Shown one piece after another: positions 16,201 to 27,411 of a DNA stretch of 64,000 nt. The DNA lies in the NCBI GenBank assembly GCA_051362555.1, contig CM120649.1:13330001-13394000 (forward strand), in the 5' to 3' direction. The position numbers and the translations under genes were made by a program. Position 1 is the first letter of the stretch, and the number at the start of each line of letters is the position of its first letter. Source of the DNA: Lingula anatina. Taxonomy: Eukaryota; Animalia; Brachiopoda. The notes beneath the pieces were generated by a model, which was not told the origin of the DNA, did no database searches, and saw nothing but the letters and a program-made list of their open reading frames with translations.

Positions 16201-18335
16201 GTCAGCCATCAACTACAGAGAAAAGTAAGTCGAGTTATGCAAATAGATGATTTTTTTTTGCTGGCTCTGAGATGTCTTCACATGGCTACATCTGACGTCA
16301 TACTCACATTAGAATAATATCAAATTACTCATTACATCTTTTACTTATATATTAGCTTTCTGTCATATAGTGTGATATTTCAATCTTGTACTTATCGTTT
16401 TGTTAAATCAGTCATGCTATATGAGAATAAAAACTTTTTAAAATTTTAAGATAAAATATGAACGGAATGTTTATTTTTTCAAGTTTCTCCATCATTGAAA
16501 ATGCCTTACTTTTCAAGTTGTTAATGGTATTGAATATTCTACTGTCTTCAATGCAGACTTATGTATTTTTTTCTTCCTCCGACAGACGCGCTCTCATAGC
16601 CCAACACCAGGCATCACAGGAGCACAAAATAGAGCAATTTAAGACCCTGCTCCGCGCCACCAGGGTGGGAACACAAGTAATGAACATTGTGCAGGCTTCC
16701 AATGCATTCAGGTCAAAATTAAGCATGCAGTCCACTGGGAAAAAGAAGGTAAGGTGCAAATGTCGTGGCATGATTTATTTATTTATTTATTTAATCTTAT
16801 TTAAGGAGGATGGGGGTTAGTCTGGCTGAATTATTAATTAAGAAATAACTTTCATATGTGTTAGGTTTGACAAATTTTGATTGACATATACCGGTATATA
16901 TGTATATATGTAGTTTGCTAAAAATATTTACCATAAAATCTCATATTTAGTAAAACCAGTATACAAACATCGCTATCTAATTCAGAGAGTGACGTCTGCA
17001 GCCAAACTCAAGGGCAGATACAGCAGCCAGAGTCGGCTGGGAAGCAGAACCAGTCTGAATCGCTCTCCATCCCTCATGGGTAGCACTGCGGCCATGTTGG
17101 CTGGTGCAAAAATGAACAAAGGCCTTCTTCCCCCTATAGAGGGTGCTAACGGAGTAGAACTGAAGCAGATGAAGAGGAAAGACGACAAGCAGCCATTGTT
17201 GACTGGTAGCGGGAACAAGGTTGGCCCTGTTGGTGTTGAGTTGAAGGTGGAGGTATGTTCTTGGAGTGGATTTGGTCGGCCATGTTTTGTAATCTTCCAG
17301 CTGGTCTGCTAGTCATTCAAGAAGAAACACTAACCGATTACATTTACTACTTTATCCAATTGAATTCAGTCATTTTACTAAAAATGGTCTCCTCTGTATT
17401 TTTAACTACTGTCACAGGTATGTTTTTGCCTTCCTTTGTTGGTTTATTAGTTTGCAGCTGAATTAAAAAAATATGAATGGCATTGGATAAAAATCTCAGG
17501 ATAGGCCATAAATGTGTTAACTCAATATCAGGCAGATTTTGTTGGTGATTCATAAATTAATTGATTATAATAATAATAATAAAAATTGAATTGACCTGGT
17601 GGAGGTTTGTACTCTTTGAGTGCCTTAAACTTGCATAATTTCTGTAATAATTTTTTCCCTTTGCATCAGGATTTTGATGACAACGAACTAGAAGCTTTGG
17701 CCAAGGAAGTGGGTATAGAGGGAGCCACTGACCTGGACTATAAAGATGAGGGCTACATTACACTGGTCCTCAAAGTACTGGGGGCCATGTGCGATGGTCA
17801 GTTTGCGGATTTACAGGTATGTTATCACACTGACCGCTGGATGGACAGTTCAGCCTCATTCAAGAGTTTAACTTGTGTTAACTTGAAGACAAGATATTTT
17901 GGTATACATGTATGTCAGTTCAAATTAAATCATCTCTTTGTAGTGATTATTAATTATAAAAAGTACAATAATTATTGTACTTTTTTACAATAAATCTCAG
18001 GTGATAGGTAGATCTCATTCGACAAGTTGAAAGATTAAAATATTGTTGTCATTAATAATAATGTAGAACTACCCTAGAAAGCACCATAGTGTCCCTTAGT
18101 TTTCCTATAGGTTATTTGCATAAAGGATTCCAATACACATTCTCATTATTACATTTTTATCTCTATAACTACAGGACTATTTGAGAGAGCAGCCAGACAA
18201 CATAAAGACAGTAAACTTGGTGGGAGAAGTGACCAAATTCCTGGGTCTTGTCTATTCTTCCATTACTAGTGAACACATCAAGCTAGTGACAGCTCTCTTC
18301 AACACCCTGGTGGAAATGACTTCTGTAAGTATGGT

Positions 18336-18391
<56 letters not shown>

Positions 18392-18428
18392 TGACCTCAG
18401 TAAGTATGGTGATTGAAGACCAACAACT

Positions 18429-18503
<75 letters not shown>

Positions 18504-21500
18504 TTTGTTTATTTATTTATTTATTTTCTATCCATCTGGAACACAGTAAATCAGAATTGAAAAGAAATGAAAGAAACGCCTAATATTAGAAAGAATAACA
18601 TTAAGATAACATATTTATTTTACTAGTAGCATGTAATCTTATATCAGACTAATCTATTAAGAAATTAATGCTTAAAAGCTATAGCTGTAAATCATGTGTT
18701 TTATACTTGTTTCTCTTGTCATATTCCAGGGTAACGTGACCAACCAAGCCGTGGTGTTTGACAACAAAGTCTGTGATTACATCAACTTTATTCTGCGTGC
18801 AGACCACTCCAAGTCCATCACAGTTGAGGAGGTGAATAGCAGCTTACATGTTTTGGGGAAAGGGGGGCGAATTCCTGAAAAAATTAAAGTATTTGGGACA
18901 TTATGAGCCACTGTGTCTTCCTAGAGGATGGAGATTGAATTGGTCTTGAACAGTTTTTAAGGGAATCAAAGTATTTGTTTTCATAACAAGCAGAATATAT
19001 TGCAAAAAATAACATATACTTTTAATAATTATGAGACAGTATGTCATACGCAAAGAAACAAAGATGGGTTACTCACCGGTCCTGAAAATAAATAATAGAG
19101 TGTAACAGTTTTTGGAATAATTAAATATTAAAACATTTGTTTTGTATTCACTTCAGGACTTTGAGCTTGCAGACTGTATAGTGAACCTCATACTTGCCAT
19201 GATAGAAGAGAATCATGGCAGCACGGTGGGAGAGTTTGGAGCCAAGAGGGTGGCAGGCATTGCTAAGGTAGGAAAAGTTGAAGTATGAATTGTGTTACTT
19301 GTTGTGTTTAATTTTACAATGTTGAAGAGGTGTGGATGTTGGATAATGTGATTGTATGAATGGAAATTATAACAAGTTCTCTTTTAAGATTTTAAATTTT
19401 ACAATGTTTACAAAAATCACTTCCTTTAATTCCATTTTCAGTTGCGTGTGGTTTTAAAAACAAGTTTTCGAAATTTGCCTTTTATGGATTGATTCATGAA
19501 TATTTGAAAAAGAATTTAGGCAGGTTCCCCGTGTGAAAAAACTGTGAAAAATTGCATCTCCATAAAGATAGTGAAAATGGCCCTGTGATAGGGGTTCATT
19601 CTAAACATATATAACAAGTGTTGAGCTTGAATAAAAATGACATTATACTTGTGACTTTTTCTCTAGGTTATGCAAAGAGATATCATGGCAAAACGTCGTT
19701 ACCAACAAGTGTGTAGGGCTGGTGTTATTTTGTATTGTATATTCAGCTATGGTGTGTGGGTTTTCAGCAGAGCATGCACAGACAACCTGGTCCAGTTTTT
19801 GACTTTTTTAAATATTTATTTTAAAATGGATAAAATTGGTGTTTTCTTTGGAGTATAAATTGTGTTTATGGTTTTGGGGATTTTTTTGAACAGCACAAAG
19901 CACATATTCATCAATTTCATTATATATTGTGTTATTTTTGTTAAGTTTGGGATTATCATACCTATGTGTTAAGTAGTGTGCATATGGTTGATTAAAATCA
20001 GTAAGTAAGGTTTGAACTCTGTAACTTCATGAGGATTGGTCACTGGTTAAAGCAGGGAATTATATCGGATATAATTCCCTGGTTAAAGTTAATCTAGGTG
20101 ATTAATAAGTAACATTTTCATAGTAATTTACTATTGGCAGACATTGAGTGTCCAGAAATACATAAAACATTGTGTACTGTATAAATGGTGTCAAATGATA
20201 TTTTCAAACTTATCAGACCTGTAGCTAAGGGGGGTTCAGGGTTTTTTAAAGAACCGCCCTATCTTGCTGGAAAGAGGTCTCCTCTGGGTAAAATTTTATC
20301 TAGTTACATAATGGTTTCATAGCAAAAGGGTTAAGGTTTTTTCCAGAGAAAGACCCTTCCCTTTTGAAATTGCTGGCTACTGGCCTGCTTATTGTCTTGA
20401 TGGTTATTTGCAGGATGCTGTGGAGTCACTGGACACGGAGAGCATCTTCAAAATGGTGGTCAAGTACTACACTATGTCCCTGGATGAGGAGAGGTTTGAG
20501 GAGGAGGAAGAGAGGAAGACATATGAGGAGCTTGGGTGTAAATATTTCCACACTCTTCTGAGGATGGAGGATTTGGATAAGACTATACATCCTCAACGTA
20601 AGTTGCGTATTCGACTCGTATGGAAATGGTATGAGTGCTTCAGGCCTTTCACTAAGACTGCATTCCCACAGATTTTAGATTGATCTATCCCCGTGGGGAG
20701 TCTCACTAGATTGTTGTCAGCTTAGCCTGCTAAATGTCTGTCCCACCTACTAAAAGCTGTAAGGGGGTAATTAACTTTCGTGCGCGCTCGGCTGACAGCA
20801 ATTTAGCGTGAACCCCCAGGGAGTTAGGTTGATCCAGATGGATCTATCTTAATCTATGGGAACCCAGTCTAATTTTCCTTTTTGATAGACCTTTTTGTTG
20901 TGAACTGTGAGAGCTTCTTGCTGAAATGAGATGCCATTTTTACCTTTTAAAATGGACAAAATACTTGCTAGTAACAATATTGACTATTTTATTATTATAA
21001 TGGTCAGCATACATTTAAATCTTATTTCACATCTGTGTAGTATATATAAAGGATGTTTAGGTGATTGTGTTAGTTGTGTTGTGTAGTTTACGGATTGTGT
21101 TTGGATGTGACAAATGTGGTCAGCTTTCTCTCACCATATTTCATGTGTTGCCTTAAGCTAGACAATAAGGAAATTTGAATTTTTATTTCACTGCAAACTC
21201 AGGTCCACCAGGTAAGATTGATACAGGGGTTTAGAGGTTTTATTCTAGATTCAGTTCAATGCACATAATCATGACTAAATCATCTGCATATAAATGTATA
21301 CCAATTATAATTTCATAGCTTTATGTTTCATATCTATAACCACCGTGTAACATTTTCTTTGCTTACATTTTTCCTGTCTACCCATTGTGTTTTAACTGTG
21401 AATGTTAACGGACACATTATCATATTTTATTTCACAGTATATCATTTCTGTACCATAAAATGGACTTGGGATTTAGCTTACAGATTTAGTTGTAATAATA

Positions 21501-22749
21501 CGAAAATGGTCAGAGTTTCATTTTTCAAAAAATAAACATAATACCATGGTGAATAGTCTTCTTCAATCTGATACCATCACCTCTGATGATAGCATGCTAA
21601 TGATTATTTTCAGGGGCGGATTCAAAGATATTTTCTGACGGTCTTCCAAAGTAACTTTGTTGACCCGTCCTCCATTTTTGACCGTCATCCGACAGACAAA
21701 ATCGATACCCGTCAATGTAAACTTGAAAATCTGACCGTCTTCTGGAAGACCCAGAAGACGGCCTAAATCCGCCCCTGATTTTTAACAATATATGCACTGC
21801 TTGTCCTGAGATACCCCTCTGAATGTTTATATAGTACATGATTGCCATAAATACAAGTCAAATTAAGTATAATTGGTGAATCTCTTATAAAAAAACATCT
21901 AAGTGCAGTTGAATTAAAATGTTGACATTCACTGATTATAAATGGCATTTGTCTGCAAACATTTACAGAACTCTGTTTATACATGATATCTGAGCACTTC
22001 CAGTTTAAAAAATAGAGTGCTGACTTATTTTCTTTTAATAGTTGAGAAAGAAGTGATCAGAACAGACGAGGACAGGGCAGCCTGGCAGTTCTACAAGGAG
22101 GGCACCATGTCCATTGAAATAGTCAAGAATGACATGCTGCAGAAAGTCTACTTCAGGGTCAAGAACCAGGTAAGAGTGTTTGATGTGACTTGTCTTGAAA
22201 ATCAGTGCCACCTTCATAAAAATGTGTCTCATTTTCAAGACTTGTTGAAAAATGTTATTTGAACAGTGATAAAAAGTTTGTATATGATGTGCTATTATAC
22301 TTTATTGTGCATTTTTTTCTTATATTATATAATAACATATAAATTATTATATTTATTTGAAACTATTTTGAATGAAACAGACTTATTAACTGGCTGTATA
22401 CAATCCTAATGCATATAATCCCTTAATATTTGCTGGTATTGTAGAAAGTACTTCGTGGAGAAATCAAGGAGAAGTTTAAATATGAAGTGGACCGTTCTTC
22501 TCCAACGAACAAACTTCGGGACTTCCTTGCCTGGTCACAGGAAATCAGGAAAGACATCAACTACCAGAAGAGGATCTATGACAATCCTCTTGCCAGGTTC
22601 TTTGTCATGTTCTGGTCAGTCCGGTTTTTATCATTCACACTTTGATAATTTAATTGATTAGTCATTGTCAGAGGTAACAATTAATAATTATTATTTACAA
22701 AATTGTTTCAGAAATAAGCACATAGGATTAGTGAATTGTAGTTTTCTAT

Positions 22750-22780
<31 letters not shown>

Positions 22781-23057
22781 TCTTTTTGCTTTCACTGTCA
22801 TGTATTTTCTTATCAATAATTCATTTATTTTAATAAATTTTTAAATTTAAATCCATACATTTACTCAGTCATTTCTTTCTTTAACAGGACACCAGCCAAT
22901 TACAGCATTATATTGATGAGTTTCTTCTTTGCCATATTCACCCTTGTCACATGGGTAGAGACAGGGGCACACATTCTAAATCAAAACACATCAGATGTCA
23001 TTGATGAGTAAGTGATAATATGTCGAGGTTTTGATGATACATGTTATCGTGTACCAT

Positions 23058-23113
<56 letters not shown>

Positions 23114-26100
23114 AAAAGGGTGAGAGTGTGCATGTGTGAGAAAGAGAGAGAGACAGTGTGGTAAGAGTGAGCATGAAGTATTGGGGATCAGGTTGTAAAC
23201 TAAATTATCATATACAAGTAATTGCATGAGCAGAAGACATCAAACTGAAGTAAAAGATAGACTTCCAGTGCATCCTTTTCCTTGCTTTTTGTTTCTATTT
23301 TTTGAGAATCCATGATCAAAAAAGAAAACAACAGAACAATGTGTCTTCAAATAGAAATAACATTAAAATTTTTGTCATTTCTCTTCACCAGCCCCACGCC
23401 CAAATACAGGTACCCGTACTCAGAGGTGGGTCTCTATGTGCTGGGAGGTCTCCACAACCTACTGGCTCTGTACATCTTGGTCAGCTTCTTCATCTCCAAC
23501 AAACCTGTGTTCCCCAGGTGGTGTAGGTAGGTACTAACAGGAATACATGTGTGTTTCTCATTTAGAACAAAAAACTTTAATTGTTTCAGAAATTAGCACA
23601 TAGGATTACTGTTTTTTTTTTTGTTTATAATGGCTATGACATGGCTACAGAGAAGTTAATATATGTTAAGTAGGTGGTATAAGTAGGTGCTGTGCTGACA
23701 GGTATTTTTCTCTAATTTAGAACAATTTTCTTGTTGGTGGTGTTGTTTAAAATGTCTAGAATTTTTACCAGAACATCCTGAATATATGTATAGTCAGTCA
23801 GATGCTCATCTTTGCATAGCAGTGAAGACAGTTTTTTTTTTTTTTTTTTTTTTTGAAAACAATCCAATTTTGGGATATATTGTTCTGGGTTGCAAGTTGT
23901 TATAAGCTTGCAAAGCAGATATATTTACAGCAAAAATGATTTAGAATGATATTTTTTCAGACCAAGGAGCGATGATGATGAGGAGGATGAAAGCGATACT
24001 TCAAAGTCTGGTGCCAAAGAAGAATCAAAGCTGGCTGTTCGCTTTTTTAGTTCAAAAACATTTTATTATATTGTAAGTACATGAAAGATAAATGAGTAAT
24101 CATTTAATGTTCTTAGATATTATTTAAGCCAAAGAATGAAATATGTTCAGTTTAATTTTGAAAAGTATTGAATTTATTTTTTTGCCTAATGAGATGATTT
24201 TAGACCATTCATAATACAGATTTGTGATTTTATATGCTTTAACCATTCCACAAACAGAATTTGAAAAGAAAAAAATTATTTTAATACAAAACATAAACAA
24301 TTTAATGTTTTTTCTATCTTCCTGATTTCAGATCTTCTTTGTGTTGTCCGTCCTTGGTACAGTGTTCTATGGCTACACCTTCAGCTTCCATCTTCTCCAC
24401 ATCGCTGCCAACAACCAGCTGCTGGCGCGGGTCATGCAGGCCGTCACCAAAAATGGTATGGCCTCTCCACGTAGTTGTCTCTGACCAGACAAGACTGTTT
24501 TAAGTCAAATATTTAAGAGCACTTTAATGTGTCTGTTTTTCAACTTTTATTTTCAAATTGCCAAAATAAATATTAAATGTTATCATGTATACTGGAAGGT
24601 CAACTAATTTGAATAACTAAATTGCTTTACATATGGGAAATAAACATTTAAAAAAGAGACTGCAGACTGTTAAAGTGTCATAAAACAAGAGATCTATTCA
24701 TACTTTATACAAATCTCTACTTTCAGGCATGTCTCTGATACTTGTTGGTCTCTTGATGGCCATCATCTTCTACATATATGCACTGATCTGTTTTGGGTTC
24801 TTTCGCCATCTGTTTGATAATGCCAATGGTTTGTTTTGCTCCACTGTGGGAGAGTGCTTTGTCACCATATTGCATCGTGGGCTGATTATCAGTCTCTTTG
24901 AGGTAAGTAACAATTGTTAAGCATGAAAGAGAAGAGTAAGGAGGTTAAGTGTGTGAGGGGTGATAGAAGAGAGTGTCAGATTTGAAAGCAGTGTATGTGA
25001 GGCAAAGGAGTGAGATGAGTGCTGTATATAACAATGTAGGTGTGGCAGGTGTGACAGTGTCAATCGTGTTAGGTGTGACAATGCTAATTGTGTTTTAGGT
25101 GTGACAGTGTCAATTGTGTTAGGTGTGACAATGCTAATTGTGTTAGGTGTGACATTGCTAATTGTGTTGGGTGTGACAGAGTCGATTGTGTTAGGTGTGA
25201 CAGTGCTAATTGTGCATTGTGTGACGTGTAGTCATTTTATAATCAGGGTTAATATCTTACATGTATGGCTTAAAAAAAGACTGTATCTGTATTTTTACAG
25301 TAACTTTTTTACAATTTTTATCAATGGCATGATAACATATGCCATTTATTTATGCTATATATTATTGTATTGCATGAATTTAATATATTTCAGGTTCTGG
25401 AGAACCCAGATGTGATAGGCGACAAAACATTTGCATACTTTGCTGTCAAGTCCCTGTTGGACCTGTCTTTCTTCATCATCATCACCACCATTGGTCTGAA
25501 CATTGTCTTTGGTATCATTGTGGATACCTTCTCTGAGCTAAGGAATAGCAAGGTAAAAATGATTTTAAAAGATAATAATTTCTGTTAGTAGTATAAAACA
25601 ATCATGATCATAATATAATTTATTGAACTATGAATTGATCATTTTCATCTTTGCCACCTGGTTTTGTTGTGACATATTTATGTTTATAGAAAGAATGTAT
25701 AACATAATGGGTACATTAAAATGTATGTGTCATATTGATTCTTGCATTTAACAATTAAAGCTGTATAGTTATTGGAATCATCTTCAAATGTGAAATAAAT
25801 TGTGACGTATAAAAGCTATAATAAAAACTGCTTTTTTTCAGTTTCTTACTATCATTTGCATGTTGTACCCAGAAGATATCTGATTATTTATTCTGTCTTT
25901 CTATTAGTGGGAGATTGACAACGACATGACAACAGTATGTTTTATATGCAGCAGAAGCAGTTATGACTTTGAGCATCAAGCATCGGTAAGAGCAGGCACA
26001 ATTTTTTGTTCAATTTTCAACTCCCTCATCTTCACACTGCACACAAAGGCCTTGTTGTATTTTGTGGACAGCACACTGGAGTTACTTTTTTTTTTTTCGA

Positions 26101-27411
26101 AAATACGTGTACCATTATTTCTATTCATTTTGATTGGTCTAAGTGGCTGTTACGTTTTAGAGAGACAGGTCAGAATGTGCTTTTAACTCGTTTTTGTGAA
26201 GTACCATGCTGGTAGTCTAGGTAGGTCTATGTACTCACTAACAACTTTTCTTAGAGCATGTTTATAGCTGTATTTGATCGTATTGCAGGGATTTGAGTGT
26301 CATGTGAAAAAAGAACACAACCAGTATGCGTACCTGTTCTTCTTCATTCACCTTCATGAGAAACAAAGGAATGACTACACTTCACTGGAGCTGTATGTCT
26401 GGAAGAAGGCAAGTTCTCGTTTTAAATCACCATAGATTATTTTTATGTTAACCTGTCTTCTTTTTGGTGTGAGGATTGGTACCTTACAAACATAAGAATA
26501 CATCTTAATTATGTATTCATTAATTAATTTGTTTATTGAAGAGATACTACTGTTAACCCTGTAAACAATTTTAGAAATCTGTTTCTAGACTAACAGCATC
26601 TGTTATATATCAGATTGATGTCTGTATATCTTCATAAATTAATCACAGTTTGTTTGGTATGTTACAGTACGTAGAGGAGGATCTGACATTCTTCCCGACC
26701 AACCGTGCTCTTAGTTTACAACAGGAGGAGAACAGAAATGAGGCCATCTTGGAACAGATGCAAGCGCAGGTCACATACATTGTCAGCAAGATGCAAGAAG
26801 AGGTAAAGACGTGTGGATGTGTGTGTATTCATATGCTTGTACTGATGTGTTTGGAGGTACATGTACAACAATAACTCTATCTTTTCAATGGGGAAATTTG
26901 TGAATTTTACAGATGCATTTTTTTTAAATTCACAAATTCTTAATATTAGAACATTCATATTGAATGATAGAAACAAAACTGAAAACCAGGCTACCTTACA
27001 GTTCTGTTTTATACAGTAAAAGCACTACAAATACTACACGGAAGTATGTACTGAACTGTCTAAAAATCAAGTTTCTGAAAGATTCATAATTTTCCCCTGG
27101 ACCGCTGAAATGATCGAGTCATCACTGTACAGTGCTAGTGTGTGAATTTGAAAGAGGGAGAAATGGAGAAATCCCCTTTCCCCCATGCCTTGGTAAAATG
27201 ATATAAGGCATATAATTCTCTCCAAATTGGAGTTGCAGTGAGAGGTGAGATTTAAGGAATCACCACATTAAAATTCACTTAATCAAATATTTATGTATAA
27301 TTTTGATTTCATTTTCAGGAGGCCAACAAGCAGAGGCTGATAGAAAAGAAGCAGCAACAACAATTTCTCCAACAAGAGAAAGCAGACGTCAGGAGGACAG
27401 AAGAGCTGTAA
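283..27411 (+). CDS. Divergent IP3 receptor / ryanodine receptor superfamily Ca2+-release-channel-like protein; 5'-partial, 45 constitutive exons, ~2043 aa in window
   Basis: Phase-consistent exons: 283-396, 677-856, 1113-1181, 1386-1509, 1938-2053, 2410-2538, 2823-2952, 3367-3466, 3868-4065, 4312-4429, 4624-4731, 5069-5273, 5544-5599, 9305-9466, 10025-10263, 10721-10802, 11011-11198, 11375-11488, 11778-11940, 12067-12171, 13511-13582, 13933-14062, 14467-14608, 15194-15352, 15628-15784, 16127-16224, 16586-16748, 16986-17252, 17670-17816, 18175-18324, 18730-18831, 19157-19267, 20414-20597, 22042-22169, 22445-22614, 22888-23007, 23392-23526, 23961-24072, 24332-24455, 24727-24902, 25394-25552, 25908-25985, 26289-26408, 26668-26802, 27319-27411 (TAA). 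Family motifs: RIH (MARGNASVQERL; LVDLLATCSEGENRFIESIC), RIH-associated (AMCDGQFADLQDYLREQ...NLV), SIEIV...QKVYF, VMQAVTKNG, S6 GLNIVFGIIVDTFSELR, Zn finger CFIC...HVKKEH, FFP...RALSL, then a coiled-coil tail. The N-terminal ligand-binding region lies upstream of the window. Confidence 0.93.
1616..1806. mobile_element. Degenerate MITE, inverted relative of the element at 20214-20387
   Basis: Left end GTAGTCAGCAATTTTAAAGGAAG resembles the reverse complement of the 20214 element's right end; ends in CTGGCCTG. Confidence 0.45.
3728..3815. repeat. TGTCACACCYAACAC minisatellite (about 20-bp unit)
   Basis: Tandem CTGTCACACC(C/T)AACACACTG units; same family as the arrays at 5292, 13837, 14620, 15790 and 25048. 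Confidence 0.8.
5292..5381. repeat. TGTCACACCYAACAC minisatellite (about 23-24-bp unit, 4 copies)
   Basis: ACTGTCACACCTAACACATTTCA-like units just after the donor at 5274. Confidence 0.8.
6149..6166 (+). CDS. Candidate 18-nt cassette microexon of the channel gene (SNLAGG)
   Basis: gtgctttatcttttacag|TCCAATTTAGCAGGCGGG|gtaggt; phase 0-0 matches the flanking exons; lies in the unusually long 5600-9304 intron. Confidence 0.5.
6829..6986. mobile_element. MITE copy (right end eroded), same family as 21611-21777
   Basis: CAGGGGCGGATCCAGAGATATTTTCTGAC...TCTTCTGGAAGA...AGACGGCCT aligns along its length with 21611-21764. Confidence 0.7.
7971..8042 (+). CDS. Candidate 72-nt cassette exon of the channel gene (KSFGGMRLKLKKIEFKDLTKMALH)
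   Basis: Strong acceptor ttttttccttgctcgcacag, donor gtgtgt, phase 0-0, stop-free, purine-rich and exon-like in composition. Confidence 0.55.
13837..13928. repeat. GTGTTAGGTGTGACA minisatellite running into a splice acceptor
   Basis: Four AATTGTGTTAGGTGTG(A/T)CA-like units, the last ending TGGGTGTTCCAG at the acceptor of exon 13933. Confidence 0.8.
14620..14780. repeat. GTGTTAGGTGTGACA minisatellite
   Basis: Degenerate tandem units immediately after the donor at 14609. Confidence 0.75.
18335..18525. repeat. (TTTA)n microsatellite, two blocks
   Basis: Direct inspection; the blocks are separated by a duplicated exon end and donor. Confidence 0.9.
19667..19708 (+). CDS. Candidate 42-nt cassette exon of the channel gene (VMQRDIMAKRRYQQ)
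   Basis: tgactttttctctag acceptor, gtgtgt donor, phase 0-0, no stop. Confidence 0.5.
20214..20387. mobile_element. MITE with CAG...CTG termini and a 5-bp TSD
   Basis: Imperfect TIR CAGACCTGTAGC / GCTACTGGCCTG; CTTAT on both flanks. Confidence 0.7.
20656..20869. mobile_element. PIF/Harbinger(Tourist)-like MITE, family copy A
   Basis: TIR GACTGCATTCCCACAGATT / AATCTATGGGAACCCAGTC; TAA on both flanks; close copy at 60449-60663 and inverted copy at 41846-42084. Confidence 0.8.
21203..21211 (+). CDS. Candidate 9-nt microexon of the channel gene
   Basis: ttttatttcactgcaaactcag|GTCCACCAG|gtaaga; frame-preserving in a phase-1 intron (changes L to RPPV). Confidence 0.6.
21611..21777. mobile_element. 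MITE with CAGGGGCGGAT TIR and a 5-bp TSD
   Basis: CAGGGGCGGATT...AATCCGCCCCTG; ATTTT on both flanks; relatives at 6829 and about 41454-41541. Confidence 0.8.
23058..23108. repeat. (GA)n microsatellite
   Basis: Direct inspection. Other simple repeats: (TATG)n ~2297-2334, (TTA)n ~3570-3623, (GAT)n ~9477-9506, (CA)n ~9601-9640, (AAAT)n ~13191-13232, (TAA)n ~55188-55235, (TTATA)n ~57903-57966. Confidence 0.9.
25048..25225. repeat. GTGTTAGGTGTGACA minisatellite (about 24-bp unit, 7-8 copies)
   Basis: AGGTGTGACAGTGTCAATTGTGTT-like tandem units; source of the spurious VLGVT-repeat ORF. Confidence 0.85.

Noticed and set aside
25101-25415. ORF with VLGVT repeats (similar ORF tails at 14478 and 15545)
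   Set aside because: Translation of the GTGTTAGGTGTGACA minisatellite inside introns.
25409-25423. DVIGD as the true selectivity filter
   Set aside because: Anchoring on GL before and VL..P after places IISLFE at the filter position; VIGD falls in the loop before S6. Kept only as a remark.
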